A stretch of 64,000 bases of DNA from Psammoneis japonica (Eukaryota), in the NCBI GenBank assembly GCA_008632985.1, contig QPGO01000066.1, positions 1 to 64,000 on the forward strand, in the 5' to 3' direction. A program made the translations under genes and the position numbers. A model generated the notes under the pieces. The model was not told the DNA's origin and made no database searches. It worked only from the letters and a program-made list of their open reading frames with translations. Below are positions 49,149-61,707 of this stretch, piece by piece (the stretch's first letter is position 1; the number at the start of each line of letters is the position of its first letter).

Positions 49149-51370
49149 ATGGATAATCCTTCCAAAAAGATTCCCCATAAGTCTTCCAGGATTCAGAATC
49201 ATCATGACGGCGAAGACAGTCGAAGCATTCCCGGCCAGGAACAAGTAGAGCGGATCAAAACCACAGGAGAATCAGGCTGTGACGAAGAAGCTGCTTCTCC
49301 TCGTGTTCACAAGAAAAAGAAACACAAGAAAAAGAAGAAGCACAACGACGCCGCTCGGCAACAGGAACAAGACAAAGATTATTTGACAGAAGAACAATTT
49401 AACGGTACTTTGGCAACTGTTGTTGCGCCAACCTCCAGGTCGATAAGCGTCCATGAGTTGCATCGTGAGCATCGTCAAAAAAGAAAGGAGCGCGAGATGA
49501 ACAAAAGGCAGGCGAAGCACGATGAGGCTTTTCTAAACAAAGATAGCATCCGTGCACCGTCAACACTGTCACTAGCAAGACGTGCCGATGTTGATGCAAG
49601 CAAGAGGCGTCAGAAACGAATCTCACACCAAACCGCTTTGCGTGCAAACGCCCTATCTATATACACCACAACGTCAGTTACAAGAAAATCAGAATGAACA
49701 AGATGATATACTTGGCGAGGAAGAAAATGAAGACGGCATCGAAGAAGTTCCCATTGATCTCAACGATATCCCCGACATTGCTCCTGGGGTCTTTGCTATT
49801 GATGAGCAAGGTGGAGAAGTTATGCGGGGACGAGGTAAACACAACATAACAACAATATCAGAAATCGAGGCTGGCGGACAATGTGCAACCGAAAAGAACA
49901 GTTGGTTTCTACCTGCTCTCGAACTTGTGAATGCTCCTCGAGACAACGGAGAGAGGGTTGCGGATGACAACGAAACCAAACGACGTCGCAAGCGTGCTGT
50001 TATTTTGGTGGGAGTTTTTGCCGTGGTGGTAATTCTTGCGATCGCAGTTGCGACCCCGGTTTCTTTGTCTACAAGTAGCAATGAGAAAGCAATTCCGGCA
50101 CCTACACATTTGCCTACGCAATCACCCACTGTGGAACCTATTTCAGTCATCCCTGCCGATTGGCAACCCGTTGGCCAAGTCTTGCATGGAAGTTTTGCCG
50201 AAGAGAGGTTTGGACAATCAGTCTCATTGTCTCGAGACGGAACTACCATGGCGGTGGGAACAGATCAACGTGGTACTGAATATCCGGGCTATGTGTCCGT
50301 TCATCGATACAGTGAGGCCAACGAAACATGGAAGCGTATCGGTCAAGCATTGGTTGGTCAATCCGCCAATGATAGGTTAGGTAGCCCCGTGTCGTTAAAT
50401 GGCAACGGAACAATTGTTGCTGTTAAAGTATCATGGGAAACACTTGGTGTTACCGCACCTCACGCAGGCCGTGTTCGAGTATTCGAATACAACCCTTTCT
50501 CAGCCCGTTGGGTCCAACTCGGAAGTGATATTGTTGGACAAGCCTTTGAAGATGGATTTGGTGACTCTTTGTCTCTTTCAGATGTGGGAGACATTCTTGC
50601 GGTGGGAGCTCATAATGAAGACACAAAAATGGCGCGAGCTCAGGGTCCGTTCGATTGTTTCGCCACAACCGCGATACTTCGTCCTGGAACCAACTTGGAC
50701 AGACGCTTATTGGTCAAGCTGTAGATGATTGGTTTGGTTTTTCAGTTTGCTTGAGTGGATCAGGGACTGTAGTCAGCGTTGCATCAGGAGGACATGACGC
50801 AGGTGGAAACACTACAGCCGGTCAAGTGTCAGTGTTCGAATACAGTGCCTCATCATTTCTGTGGTCTCTATTGGGTAATCCAATTCGTGGAGACGTTGAG
50901 GATACTGAGTTTGGATACGTCATTTCTCTTGATGACAGCGGCTTGGTGGTGGCGGTGGCGCTCCAGGAAAGAACGAGGAAGTGCTGGTGTATGCCCACGA
51001 CCGTGCAACGTCCACATGGGAAAAACGTGGTCAATCACTACGTGTGCTAGCGCAACAGCCTGGTAATCAATTTGGATACTCTGTATCTTTGAGCGGAAAT
51101 GGGGATGTCTTGGCAATTGGTGGTGGGTTGGGTGAAGTCGATGGATCGACAAGAGCAGGTCAAGTTAGAATTTTCCAACACGACACCAACACTTCCAGGT
51201 GGACCCAAGTAGGCGATCCTTTAAACGGTGAGGATGATTTTGATTGGTTTGGTTTCTCTCTGTCATTATCGGTAGACGGAAACATTGTTGGAGTCAGCGC
51301 ACCTGTACGTGACGTCAATAACGAAAATTGCAGATCCGCATATGTATTCAAGGTCAAGGTACACAAATAG
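49149..51370 (+). CDS. Single-pass membrane protein with Lys-rich N-terminus and extracellular FG-GAP-like repeats (apparent frameshifts near 49650, 50630, 50975)
   Basis: TM segment AVILVGVFAVVVILAIAVA and a PT linker. Repeats FGQSVSLSRDGTTMAVG, FGDSLSLSDVGDILAVGA and FGYSVSLSGNGDVLAIG are spread across ORFs 48996, 49582, 50655 and 50981. Confidence 0.75.
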
Positions 51371-51523
51371 ATGGGGCACCGCTTTATTTAGTTTTAACAT
51401 TCAGTCTCGCTCTTGTCGTTTATGAATATGGAATCATTTATTGGCATCGCTTACGCGTAGATACATACTATCGTTTAGCGTTATGAATGATTGCACGACA
51501 TGCAAAGGTATCCAATTGGTAAA

Positions 51524-52107
51524 TCACTCTAAAGTTTTCTTTCCCTCGCTTGCTACTTCTCTGCTTTTTATCTTGGTGTCGCCACATAATGATACAAATT
51601 TGATAGTCACAACAGGAGCCGTTTCATCGACCACGTCGTCTAGATAGACATCCTTATCTCCACAGAGTGCAGTCCGTTTGTAAGTGACCTGTGTTCCAGG
51701 AGGAACGATGATGTTGACATCTCCACAAAGTAGCTTCACAATCACTAGATTGAGTTCGGCGTGAGGAGGTAGTTTAGCTTCACACAAGTCAATATTGGTA
51801 TCGCCGCAGAGGGTCACATAGGTATTGCGTCCGGGCTTGATGCGCTGGCCTCGGATGTTCGTGTCGCCGCATAGTATGCAATCGAATGCATCGGAAAATT
51901 CCTTGTTGTCATCGTCATCGACTGAGTGAATTGAAAAGACAAGCTTGCCAAGATGAGTTCACTGAATTATCATTCATGAAATAACTTTGTCAAGAATGGC
52001 TCTTACATACCTGCTTGTGCCGAAGTTGGTTCGGCAATCACAACGACCTCCGGTTCGACTTTTGCTGACTCTTGCTGCTCCTGGGATGTCATGGTAACGT
52101 ATGGCAT
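51524..52107 (-). CDS. Small LiaF/DUF2154-like beta-repeat protein, two exons
   Basis: Repeated LCGD motifs (CGDTNI, LCGDVNIIVPPG). A GT-AG intron at 52010-51922 joins MPYVT...SAQA to VDDDDNKEF in frame. Confidence 0.7.
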
Positions 52108-52650
52108 AGCTCTTGCTCTGTAAGATTGAAATAGAATGTAGTAGTGATTTCGCGTTGTTTGAGATTTATGAGCAAGGCGTCTCAAATGCAATTGCTGACT
52201 CGTGGGATGGGTTCGCAATTTTGGTTCGAACATTCTTGTCTGTTCTTGTGCAATTTTGTGAGCGCGAGTTTTCAACATGGGGGATTCATTCATTTTATGA
52301 TAACCAGCCACGAGGAATAAAGGATCCAACGCACCAGCGAAAACGTCTATCCCTATCCCTATGGCTTCGATGCAAGATACACAACTCCAATTTCATTCTT
52401 TCCAAGAGCATGGCTTAGATGTTCGAGTTTGACCTTGTGTTAGGCATCTTGCTAGAGTGAACCTCTCAATAGGAAGGATAAAGTGGCCAGTCGAGCCATT
52501 CGACAAACATTAAATAGCGACCAGTGGCACGCTGATTAGAGAAACGGTTTAGTTTGGTTGAAGCAAATCTTTCTAACTGTGCTTCACACGAAAACCTGAT
52601 CCATCGCAGTGATACACAAGCTGTCAGCGCCATAGCTTAAAACTTTGACC

Positions 52651-53391
52651 ATGGAGAAACAGGTGCATCAGGAAAGCGTTTACTCCGAACTTACTCGGGA
52701 GAGCTCAAGGGCGGAGCAAATGGCATACATGCGAGATAGCCTTGGACTGAACGAGAAAACAGCGGCACTTCTCTACAGAGCCGAGCGACTACAAGAAAAA
52801 GGGCAACTCAAACAGGCCCTCAAATACTATCAGCAGGTTTTGAAGGCTCAACCAGACTGTACGGAGGCGACTGAGAATGCCCGCATGACCCAAGAACTTC
52901 TGAACGATCAAGAACCACCTGAACCGAAGCTTCCCAGGGTTAAGGAGAACTCACGCTACACAATTACCGAAATGGACGTGCAGTGGAAATGTTGCTCCAT
53001 GACACAAAGCGGTAGAGAGCCAGACATTGATCACGCCGCTCGAAATGAAGCCATGATAAAGCTGTCCGAGATTGGTCACAGTCGTTCCATTCTCAAGTTA
53101 CTCGACAACAAGCTTCTGGACGAAGACTACTACGAGTACACAGATATGCCAATTTGGTACGGGCGAGCGCGCTTTCAAGTCACACTCATTCCTGACAAGG
53201 ACAACTCTGACGACCTTGCCAAGGATTTGTCAAACTTGTCGCTCCCCGAAAGAGAAGCAAAGAAGAAATATTGGCACCAAATTTTGAGCAGATCATCAAC
53301 GGCGTTGAATCGATTTCATCCGTTTCCAAATTTGCCGATGCCGAGAGCGAGCGAACCTGAGCCCGTGAGTCTCGGCGTCGAGAATGAATAA
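52651..53391 (+). CDS. TPR-containing hypothetical protein
   Basis: Intact ORF with the TPR-like segment LYRAERLQEKGQLKQALKYYQQVLKAQPDCTEA. Confidence 0.7.
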   Translation: MEKQVHQESVYSELTRESSRAEQMAYMRDSLGLNEKTAALLYRAERLQEKGQLKQALKYYQQVLKAQPDCTEATENARMTQELLNDQEPPEPKLPRVKENSRYTITEMDVQWKCCSMTQSGREPDIDHAARNEAMIKLSEIGHSRSILKLLDNKLLDEDYYEYTDMPIWYGRARFQVTLIPDKDNSDDLAKDLSNLSLPEREAKKKYWHQILSRSSTALNRFHPFPNLPMPRASEPEPVSLGVENE

Positions 53392-53467
53392 CAAACTTAC
53401 CCATTGTAGAGCACTTACACGTGTTGTAAACACGACTTGTAGACACCTGGATACCTTGTACTCCTCT

Positions 53468-54434
53468 TTACTTGTGTCTGTGACCAAACGAAACGTGATC
53501 TGGTACAGATAGTGAAGCTTTCGCTTGAAAATCGTTTGCGACGCAATCCATATCGATATCCATAGCCTCATCCGTGCCATTTGTTGCAGTAGTACGCTTA
53601 TTGGTCTCAACGAACGCTTCGTCGTCATGCAAAAAGGCACAAGCATCACCTCGCCAACAACCCTCCTTGGTCGCAAAGAATCGACAGGGTATTTTTGCTC
53701 GTTTCTCTCGTCGTGCTTGTCGTCGATGTTCTCGTTTCTGTCTATGCTTTTCGTCCTCTGCGTTTTTGATATGCCCTCTATAGCATGCACATCACTAGCA
53801 GCAGCGGGCTTGTTGTGTTTGTGCTTCTTTTTCAGCCATTTTCTCTTTTTCAAGCTCACTCTTTTTGATTATCCGAATCACCATAATGCTGACTCTTTGG
53901 TAGAAAACGAAACCATTTTGGATATCCGTGAGACTGTTGCAAATGCTCATGCCGCGTTTGTGTTGATGCAAACGTAGCAGGACACGTTTCCACCACGCAC
54001 TTGTAGTGTGCCTTTTGTTTGGCCAGGGCAGCTTCAAAGTAGGAATCGTGTGCCTCTTGTAAATGCAAATCCAACAAGTGTTCGCTCGACAAGACTGTAT
54101 GGCATTCGTGACAGGTCCGTACATGATGTGATTCGTAGTGATTTTCACACGCCTGCATGGATGGGAACCGTTCTCGACAAGCTGGACACGGGAAATCGTC
54201 CAAAACATCTGCATTGCATGGTACGTCTGATTCATGATTCATGCTACTGTCGTTCTGAATATAGTAGTAAGTTTCTTCTACTGCAAACTTTGTAAAGATA
54301 CCCGGTTCTTCGTTGTGAAACACCAGTTGATTTCCTGTCGAGAAAAAGATGTCGTCAAGGGACCGTCGTTTCCTTTGACAGCATGGATCAGTAGCAATAG
54401 TGTCACATGGTGCTGTTTGAGCATTGTTGGGCAT
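53468..54434 (-). CDS. C2H2 zinc-finger protein, ZNF511-like (C-terminus frameshifted)
   Basis: CPAC...HYESHH, CHEC...LLDLHLQEAHDSYF and CVVETC...HLQQSHGYPKWFRF. A tail SVPDHVSFGH lies in a shifted frame ending TAA at 53468. Confidence 0.75.
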
Positions 54435-55899
54435 TGTATCGTAAATCAAAAAAGAGCAAATGGCAAGGTTTTGTTTGTTAGAGTTGCGCCATGGCGTGTG
54501 ATAACGTTTGAGAGATTTATTCGAATGTTTTACGATGTTAGGAATCTGTGCTTCACCCAGATCCTGAATGGCCTTTTCTTTCACAATCTTGTTGGAGCAA
54601 CTTTGATGACAACTCATCTCTTAGAACTGCCCCAACCAACACCATTGCTCAACATAAGATCTGATTCTTTGACTCTCGGCTTTGATGTTGTGTGACATGA
54701 CCCTTCCTGCCTCCTCCTCTCCTCTCTCTGCACCAAAGACAGTGTGCCAAAAACTCTTCTTCAGCAAGAGCAGCTCTGGCTTGGAAATGTTGGCACCGGC
54801 TCAGGCGCACAAAGGAGTTGTCCACTTTACAGGGTCAGTGCAGGAAGCAAGCTCCATGAGAATGCAGCAGCAAAACTCACCCATGGAGGAGGAGGCAGCG
54901 CGGTCTTTTGACTCTGCACTCCCGGAGATTTGCCTCTCCTCTCCTCAAGGCAGCAGACGACACTCCCGGAAACTTGCCTCAGCTCCTGAAGGCAGTGGAG
55001 GACCAAGAGAGTGAAAATGGCAGTGCCAAAGATGAAATGGTGCTGATGATCCCAAAGGACCCAGCCACAGCAGCTTGTGATGATGGCTGTGTTGTGGAAG
55101 TCTCCTGGGTTGAAGATCCTGGGCAGATGTCAAGCTGGGGCTGACCCAAGCGCTTGGGGAGAAGCGTGTCAGCAGTCAGAGCTGTGCCACACAAGACACA
55201 AGGATGATGCACAAGGCAGTTGTGGGAGCGCTTTCCAAGGAGGCAAAAGAGGAAGCAAAGATCTGGCTTGGAGAAAGCGGGCGAGGCTGGAGCCCATGTC
55301 TCTGGCAACCTGCTCTTGAAGGCTGCAACTGGTGAGAGCAGTTGTCTTGACACTGATGCCACCACTGGCACCAACCACACAAAACTTGCTAGTTTCAACC
55401 CTTGCTTGCCAACAATTGGATGTGGCACAATCAAGTTCAGCACATGTGTCTCCCTGCTCCTGGCAGTGCTCACCTCACAAGGCGAGACTGCTGAAGACTT
55501 GCCCACTGATTTGTTCCAGAGATGCTTGGCTGTGCCTGACAAGGTCTTTGTCTGTGACTCACAACTGATGAGGACGTGCAAAACTGCAACAAAAAGATCT
55601 GGATCCTCGCTTTCATGATGAGAGACTTTTCCAGGAAGCGTTGTCTTTTCTCATCTTGTGCGCTGCCAGTTGAGCAAACGGACAGTGCACAGTGCATGCT
55701 TGAAAAGAAAAAAGTGTGGAGTAAAAATAAAAACAAACAACAAAAACCAGACGCAAAGAACGAGATCTTATGTCCCAAGCAAATCGGCATCAAGATGATG
55801 GCACAGAAGAGCAATTTTTCCTTGCATTGGTCCTTCTGTCTCTGTGACAGGCTCACTTGCATTCTGTCTCCTGATGCTCCAGTGTGCTGGCAAAAGGAA

Positions 55900-56549
55900 C
55901 CATTCCGGCAGATGCAGGGATGGTGCAACAACGTGCATTCGCAGCCATCTGTCAAGGCATTCAGACTGGCATGGATGATGTTTTGGTCGACACCGGCAGT
56001 CGTCCAAACTTTGCCTGTGGCAGAATTCACAAAGTCCATGGTCACGCAAGTGTTGGCGCCGGCGACAACCGGCGAACCCAAGAGACGGACAACGCAGCTC
56101 ATAGAGACAACATTGTTCAACTGCGGGAAGCATGGAAGAAGGGCTTTCTTCAGTGCTGACGCCAACGTGTCAACCGGACCAAGAGCTTGCCCGCTCTGTT
56201 TGAAAAACGTGCAGATTGTAAGAACAGTCAACAAGCATGAGCGGAAGGCAAACCATTCTTGTGCTTTCTGTCGGCAACTCACCTCCTTGACAATGATTTG
56301 CGACGTTTCAACTGTGATTGTCACTCGTGAGAGCTTCTCCTCTAAGCCATCCTCAATGTGACAATGCCTCCGATGCCATTCCAAGGCACGGGGCACGCTC
56401 GGAACGACCACACTGCAGTTGTGGACATGGAACGGGAACATGTGCTTGATCGCTGCATGGCAAACCATGAGTTGGAAAGAAGCATTGGCAACCTCAAAGG
56501 GAAAGCCAATGGATTCAAGCCATCTGGCATGCTGGACAACCCCAGTCAC
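55900..56549 (-). pseudogene. Citramalate/isopropylmalate synthase C-terminal (LeuA allosteric) domain remnant with an intron at 56282-56196
   Basis: LESIGFPFEVANASFQLM, GPVDTLASALKKAL and WTTAGVDQNIIHASLNALTDGCEC match CimA/LeuA C-terminal motifs with Tyr>Cys changes. Confidence 0.7.
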
Positions 56550-57824
56550 TCACCCATTGGAGCCATCTTGCTCGGTGACCCCCGCATCCCTGAGGTTGTC
56601 CACGACATTGCATCGCTGGACAAGAGGGCTCTTGGGAAAAGCAGCAGACCATGGAAAATCTGTGATTCTGTCGACAATGCTTTGTCCAGAGACGCAAGGA
56701 GGGCTGGTCACTCCTGCGTTGTTCAACTGTGGGCGCAACTTGTGGCCAAGCAGAGGCATCTCAGGCCCAGAGCCATGACTGCTGGTGCAAGCTTGGACGA
56801 GCGCAGCGTTTTTGCAACTCAACTCGATCTCATGCTGAACAAAAGAGATGAAGGATGCATGTGAGATTGGTGCGTCAACCCTGCACAAACTTTCTTTGCT
56901 TCTCCTGCTTGCATCGACATCTGGTTTGTTTGCCATCATCCCATCTAAAATGCAACAGAATTGCAAAAGGTGCAACGGTTCATGGCCGTGTGATGCATTT
57001 CCATGGCGCAGCTCTTTCAAAGCAGAGACTTGTTCACAGACAAATGGGTGCTTTGCTGGCACACTAGAGTCTGGCCGTTGAACGTGGTCTTTGTGACAAC
57101 ACTGTTGAACAAAGTCTAGCATGTGTGGATGCCAAGCATTGGGATCAGCCAAAGTGGGCGATGGTTTCTCACAAATGAGATGGGAGACTGTGCATGGGCT
57201 GCAGTCTTGATGAGGGGGTTGTTCACCTTGTGCCATTTCAATGACGGTGGTGATGGCAGTGGACCATGTGTCAGCTTTGTGGCCATTGCAGGGAATCTTT
57301 TGAAAGACTTCTGGAGCCATCCAGTGTGGAGAACCAACAAGTGTCTGGCACTCACAAAGAGTTCTTGCATGTCTGGCAGTGGATGAACCCAAATTGGCTA
57401 ATTTGGCTTCCCCGTTCTTGGTGATCAAAATGTTGTCTGCCTTGATGTCACGATGGCAAACCTCCGGGACTGCCTTGGCATGCAAGCATTCTAGAGCTGC
57501 AACCACCGAGGCACACACATGTTGAATGCAGACTTCTGGCATTGGCTTTCCAAGCAATTTTTGGCATCTCTCGACAAGCATCAATGAGGTTCCGAGCTCA
57601 CAGCACTCCATGACGATCCACCTTTCAGTTCTCGAAGCATCGACAAAGGACTCGACGCACTCGACAATGAACGGACATTGCGTTTGTCGCAGCACTCTGG
57701 CCTCTGGCTCATCTGTGCTGTCTTGTGACTTGCCACCATGAATCAGAATGATTTTCGCAGCATGGTGTGCCAATGTCTTTTTGTTTTGAACCAAATGTGC
57801 GTGACCAAAAGACCCTGTGCCCAA
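56550..57824 (-). pseudogene. STE20-like Ser/Thr kinase pseudogene
   Basis: GTGSFG, AAK, WIVMECC, HRDIKADNIL and GSPHWMAPE are present, but DFG is degenerate (ANLG). No Tyr in 424 aa. Confidence 0.85.
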
Positions 57825-58147
57825 AAATCCTTGAAATCATGTGCTTGGGTTTAGGGTTGGGAGTCTGGACAGCAGAAGAGAAGGAAACAAAATGAGATGG
57901 TCAAATCGCAGCCGTCGCTGATTCACATGAGGAACAGTGCTCCTCTTTCCCTCCCACAAAGCACTGTCAGGGATGCACGACTCCAATGACACATGCATTC
58001 ATCGATGAAAGAGTGTCAGCACATAGACTCTTGTTAGAAGAATCATGATTTGCAGGGCAATTGGAGTGTCTCAGCATGCATTTCAACAGGGAGAGCATGC
58101 TTGGCAGCATGCTGGCTGGCACTGTGTTCATCGCGACTTCACTTCAT

Positions 58148-59421
58148 CTATGTTGTGTGTTGCACGCAGCCATGACTTGTGACTCTCAAGTGGGCGATTG
58201 TTCCCTCGGGACAGTGATCACAAACGCAAAGAACGGATGCCCACAGTTGCTCCCCCTGCAAATGTCGACTGCCATTTTCAAGGCCTTGGTCTTCAGCGAC
58301 CCTCTCAGCCATTGCTGGAAAGAAGCTCGCATCCTCAAAGTTGGCGAGTGGGGAGTTTGGAGGTTGTGGTGCAAGCTCCCAACCGCGTTGAGAGAATTCA
58401 CGATCAACACCGGCCACGAGAAGCTCATCAATGTGCTGTGTTGTGTTGTCCAACTGGAGCCAAAGATGCACTCGTTTTCCCGCATTGTTCTCCACCCTCT
58501 GAGCAACTGCTTCCAACTTTGCCAACAGAATGTTGTGCGTGCAATCCCACAGAGAAAACTTTGGATTGCTTTCCATCCCCGAATTCGATCCAGTGACCTC
58601 CCAATTCTAAAAGTGCTCCTCGCCTTTGCGACACAACAAGATCTCCAGGAGCTTTGGACAATGGCATGTTCCATCAGCTCTGTGTGCACGGTGATGCGAG
58701 TTCTTCTTCGCCTTCACCTTTCCACAGGCACGAGCACAATCGACCTTGCACGCACACCCCCCTCTCTGAAAATTGTTTTTGGCAGGAGCGAATGCTGCTG
58801 TCACAAGTCCCAAGACCTCATCAATGTGATTTTTGTGGTGTGCAGCATGAGCCTCCGGCGCACAGCTGCCAAGGAATGGAACGTTTTTGTTGAATTGGCA
58901 AACCACCAACAAGCAGAATCACTTTTCATTCATGTGCACAATCAGAACTTGTGTCAGCAATGCCACCATCTTGGCCCCGCGCCAAAAGACATGCCAAGCA
59001 ATTGACCAATTCTTTTGTGTTGCTGAACACAAGCAGCAGTGAGCACAGGAAGGATCCGAGCACTGGCATGTGATGAATCCGGCAGCAACACAACAAAATG
59101 CATCAACGTCACATGAGTCATGGGTTTCACATTCGTGTTTCTGCCCACGACCAACGAGGCAAGCTTTCTCCAAGTTGTCCATCCATTGGTCTTCCTCAAG
59201 ATTCTCCCAACCTTGCCCATCAAGAATGCACTTTGTTGTTTCAATGTTTTGGCTCCTTGGACAAACGGCCCATGGTTCTCTGCAGCAAGCAACTCAAACA
59301 ATTGTTTTAACTCACCATCGTCAAACCGTTCCCTGAGAATCAAGATTCTTTGATGCCGCTTGACGCACTCACATGGAGCACGCACCTGCTCCCACTTTTT
59401 GTTGGAATTGAATGCTGTCAC
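58148..59421 (-). mobile_element. Decayed Tc1/mariner transposase (plant/oomycete DD39D-like)
   Basis: VHMNEK*F (cf. VHIDEKWF), HKNHIDEVLGL, QLDNTTQH (cf. QQDNAxPH) and QPPNSPLANFEDASFF (cf. QPPNSPDLNVLDLGFF). TIRs not identified. Confidence 0.75.
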
Positions 59422-60297
59422 ACACCAGCATCATGCCGCTTCTTCCTCAATGCGTCATTGTTTCGTGCTCAAGAATGCGTTTGTGTGTCCTGCCAATCGT
59501 CTTTTTCATTGAACCCCAAGCGTGCGCATGATCAGCCAGTGGATTTGCCCCTGCATGGATCTTGGATGGAGTCAATGCATTTGTGATGTTTTGAGTGTCA
59601 CACAGCAGCCTTCTCTCAAGTGTCAACAAATGAGATTTCGGTTTTGGGACCGGATGACCGGCAATTGCAGCCTCCACCTGGCACATCCACCCTTTCTCCT
59701 TCGATTGACCTTGTCTGAGGTGCTCCACCACTGGATGCTTCCTCCCACCACCGCTCATCAACCAATCTTTTGCTTTTAGAAGAGCACCAGCAATGCCCCC
59801 AGGTCTTTGTTGTGTTTCCGTCGCTCTTGTGTTTCCACCATTGATGCCGCAGAGTTGAGCTTGTTCATTGTGTTCTGTCATCAATGTCGATGGTCGTCGA
59901 GTTTCATTTGGTGATCGCCGACGAGCACTCACAGCCAATGAGACGCCGGGTTGAGTCTCCCCAGAACAACATCAAAACTGAGACTGTTGTTGATTGCATG
60001 CCTCACATGCACTGGGCCATTGGCAGCATTGAATTCCGTGATGCAGCTGGTTCCACCTTCACTGTCGGGCCATCCCGTGTGGTGTTCCGGCACCACCTGC
60101 ACCCAATGCACCAATTGAGTGGACGCTTGGATGCAGTGGAGGAGGGTCCATGATGTGGTGTCATCGCACACAAAGTTGCAGTTGACAGCATGAGCAACAT
60201 GTCTCATCGTTGGTGCGGCGGCAGCAGTTCCATGCGTTTTGATGATGTTGGGTCATGGGTCGTGGATGCTTTTCCCTCCGAGACTGCTTGTGCAGAA

Positions 60298-60662
60298 GAT
60301 GGGTTCCAGTCCAAGGTGGGACTTTTTGTGACATTGGGCCCACAAAATTCTGCGTGCGAGCTCCGCAGCAAAATTGTCAAGCAATGGATGCATCAATGAT
60401 TGCCAACAGAAAAAGAGGCAATTTTGCAAATGTGTCTCCTCCTCAACACTTGAAGTGCATTCTTTGAAGAACACACCCAGTGCATTTTCATTGTCACAAA
60501 TGCAGACAACAGAAAGCCTTTGGCTTTGTAAAACAGGCAGTGTGGAACAATTTTTTATAACAGAACATGTGGAAATGTGCATGCAAAACATGCGACGGAT
60601 GACAAAAAATAATTGTGTCACAGTTCAGCAGTGCGAGGTCCCACCTGGAGCTGGAACGCGTC
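60298..60662 (+). mobile_element. MITE family A copy 3 (365 bp, diverged subfamily)
   Basis: Termini GATGGGTTCCAG...GGTGGG and CCCACC...CTGGAACGCGTC with 4-bp TSD AGAA. Internal blocks are shared with 28123-28518. Confidence 0.82.
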
Positions 60663-60779
60663 AGAAGCGGCACCTCGGCACACAGCCCAACCAAAAAGAA
60701 TGACACGGTGTTTCACCATGGACAATTGTCGCTTGCTGGAGGAAGCACCAAGAACCTCCAACTTTGCTTTTTGGTTGCT

Positions 60780-61200
60780 CTGGTTGCAATCAAAACAGTG
60801 CCAAAAAACAAAAGCAACTCACCGCAAAAACTTGCACACCACATTCCAAAATGATGCATGGTGGATTTTTGGGAGAAAAAACTGGGTTGAAATTGATGTG
60901 TCGGCTGGCCTGGTTGATCGCAAAGCAAAGTGCACTTAATTATCCATTCATGACCAAGGCATGACTCACACAGGAACATGTAGAAAATGTGCTGAGCTCC
61001 TCATTCTGCACTTTTTCGATGATCTGGATGCGATCGAAACAGTGCCAAAACACCTGGACCAATTGACCACCAACACTTTTGCAGAAAATGGTGAATTGCA
61101 TGACAGATCTTTGGGAGAAAAGACCGGGTTGAAATTGAGGGCCATGCTGAACTTGTTGAATGGAAGACAAAGCACACTTGGCGGCCCAAAAAGTGCACTT
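60780..61200. repeat. Two degenerate direct-repeat units
   Basis: aaacagtgccaaaa...tttgggagaaaa...gggttgaaattga occurs near 60790-60897 and again near 61037-61138. Confidence 0.5.
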
Positions 61201-61707
61201 GCGACTGAAAAGCACACTTGCGACTGAATGCCGCACGCAGAGTTGCACACATGGTCATCTGGCACATTGGAAAAGGTGCACTTCAATTGCACTTGAGTGC
61301 ACTTGTTTGTCTTTCCTCCATGAGCCATGATGCAGGATGCAGAATTTAGAATGCAAACCGTGCAAACCGGGAAGAATCATCGCACTTTTTTCATTCACGT
61401 GAGCCTCAGTCGTGAGTCAAATTGAATCATCATCGCGCTCGTCGATCGATGAAACGGCGGCGTCGTACTGTAGTCGTAGCATTCTACGCAATCTTGGAAT
61501 TTCAAATTATGACGCTATCGATGTTCTTTGTTACGTCATTACTTCAACTCCTTCGTCTGTTCTTCGCGACTGCTCACAAAATCATCGCGTGTCAAAGAAG
61601 TTTTCAGCGAGAGAAACCGGCTGTTTCAGCGACTTATTGACATCACTTTCTCTCCTCTTTTCTGTTGATGTCTCGAGTGTATGCAACAGACGAGTAATAT
61701 ATTGGCC

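Larger units (their letters stand above)
54660..61400. other. TpA-depleted hypermutated domain 4
   Basis: TA nearly absent. Contains Tyr-free kinase and transposase remnants. Confidence 0.88.

Noticed and set aside
58148..60662. MITE copy 3 as the terminus of the mariner transposase element
   Set aside because: It has both TIRs and its own 4-bp AGAA duplication, which is inconsistent with the TA target of mariner elements.
4152..61400. Ordinary CpG methylation decay or fungal RIP as the explanation
   Set aside because: CpG decay cannot turn Tyr codons into Cys/His, and CpG survives in several TA-depleted segments. RIP increases TpA rather than removing it.
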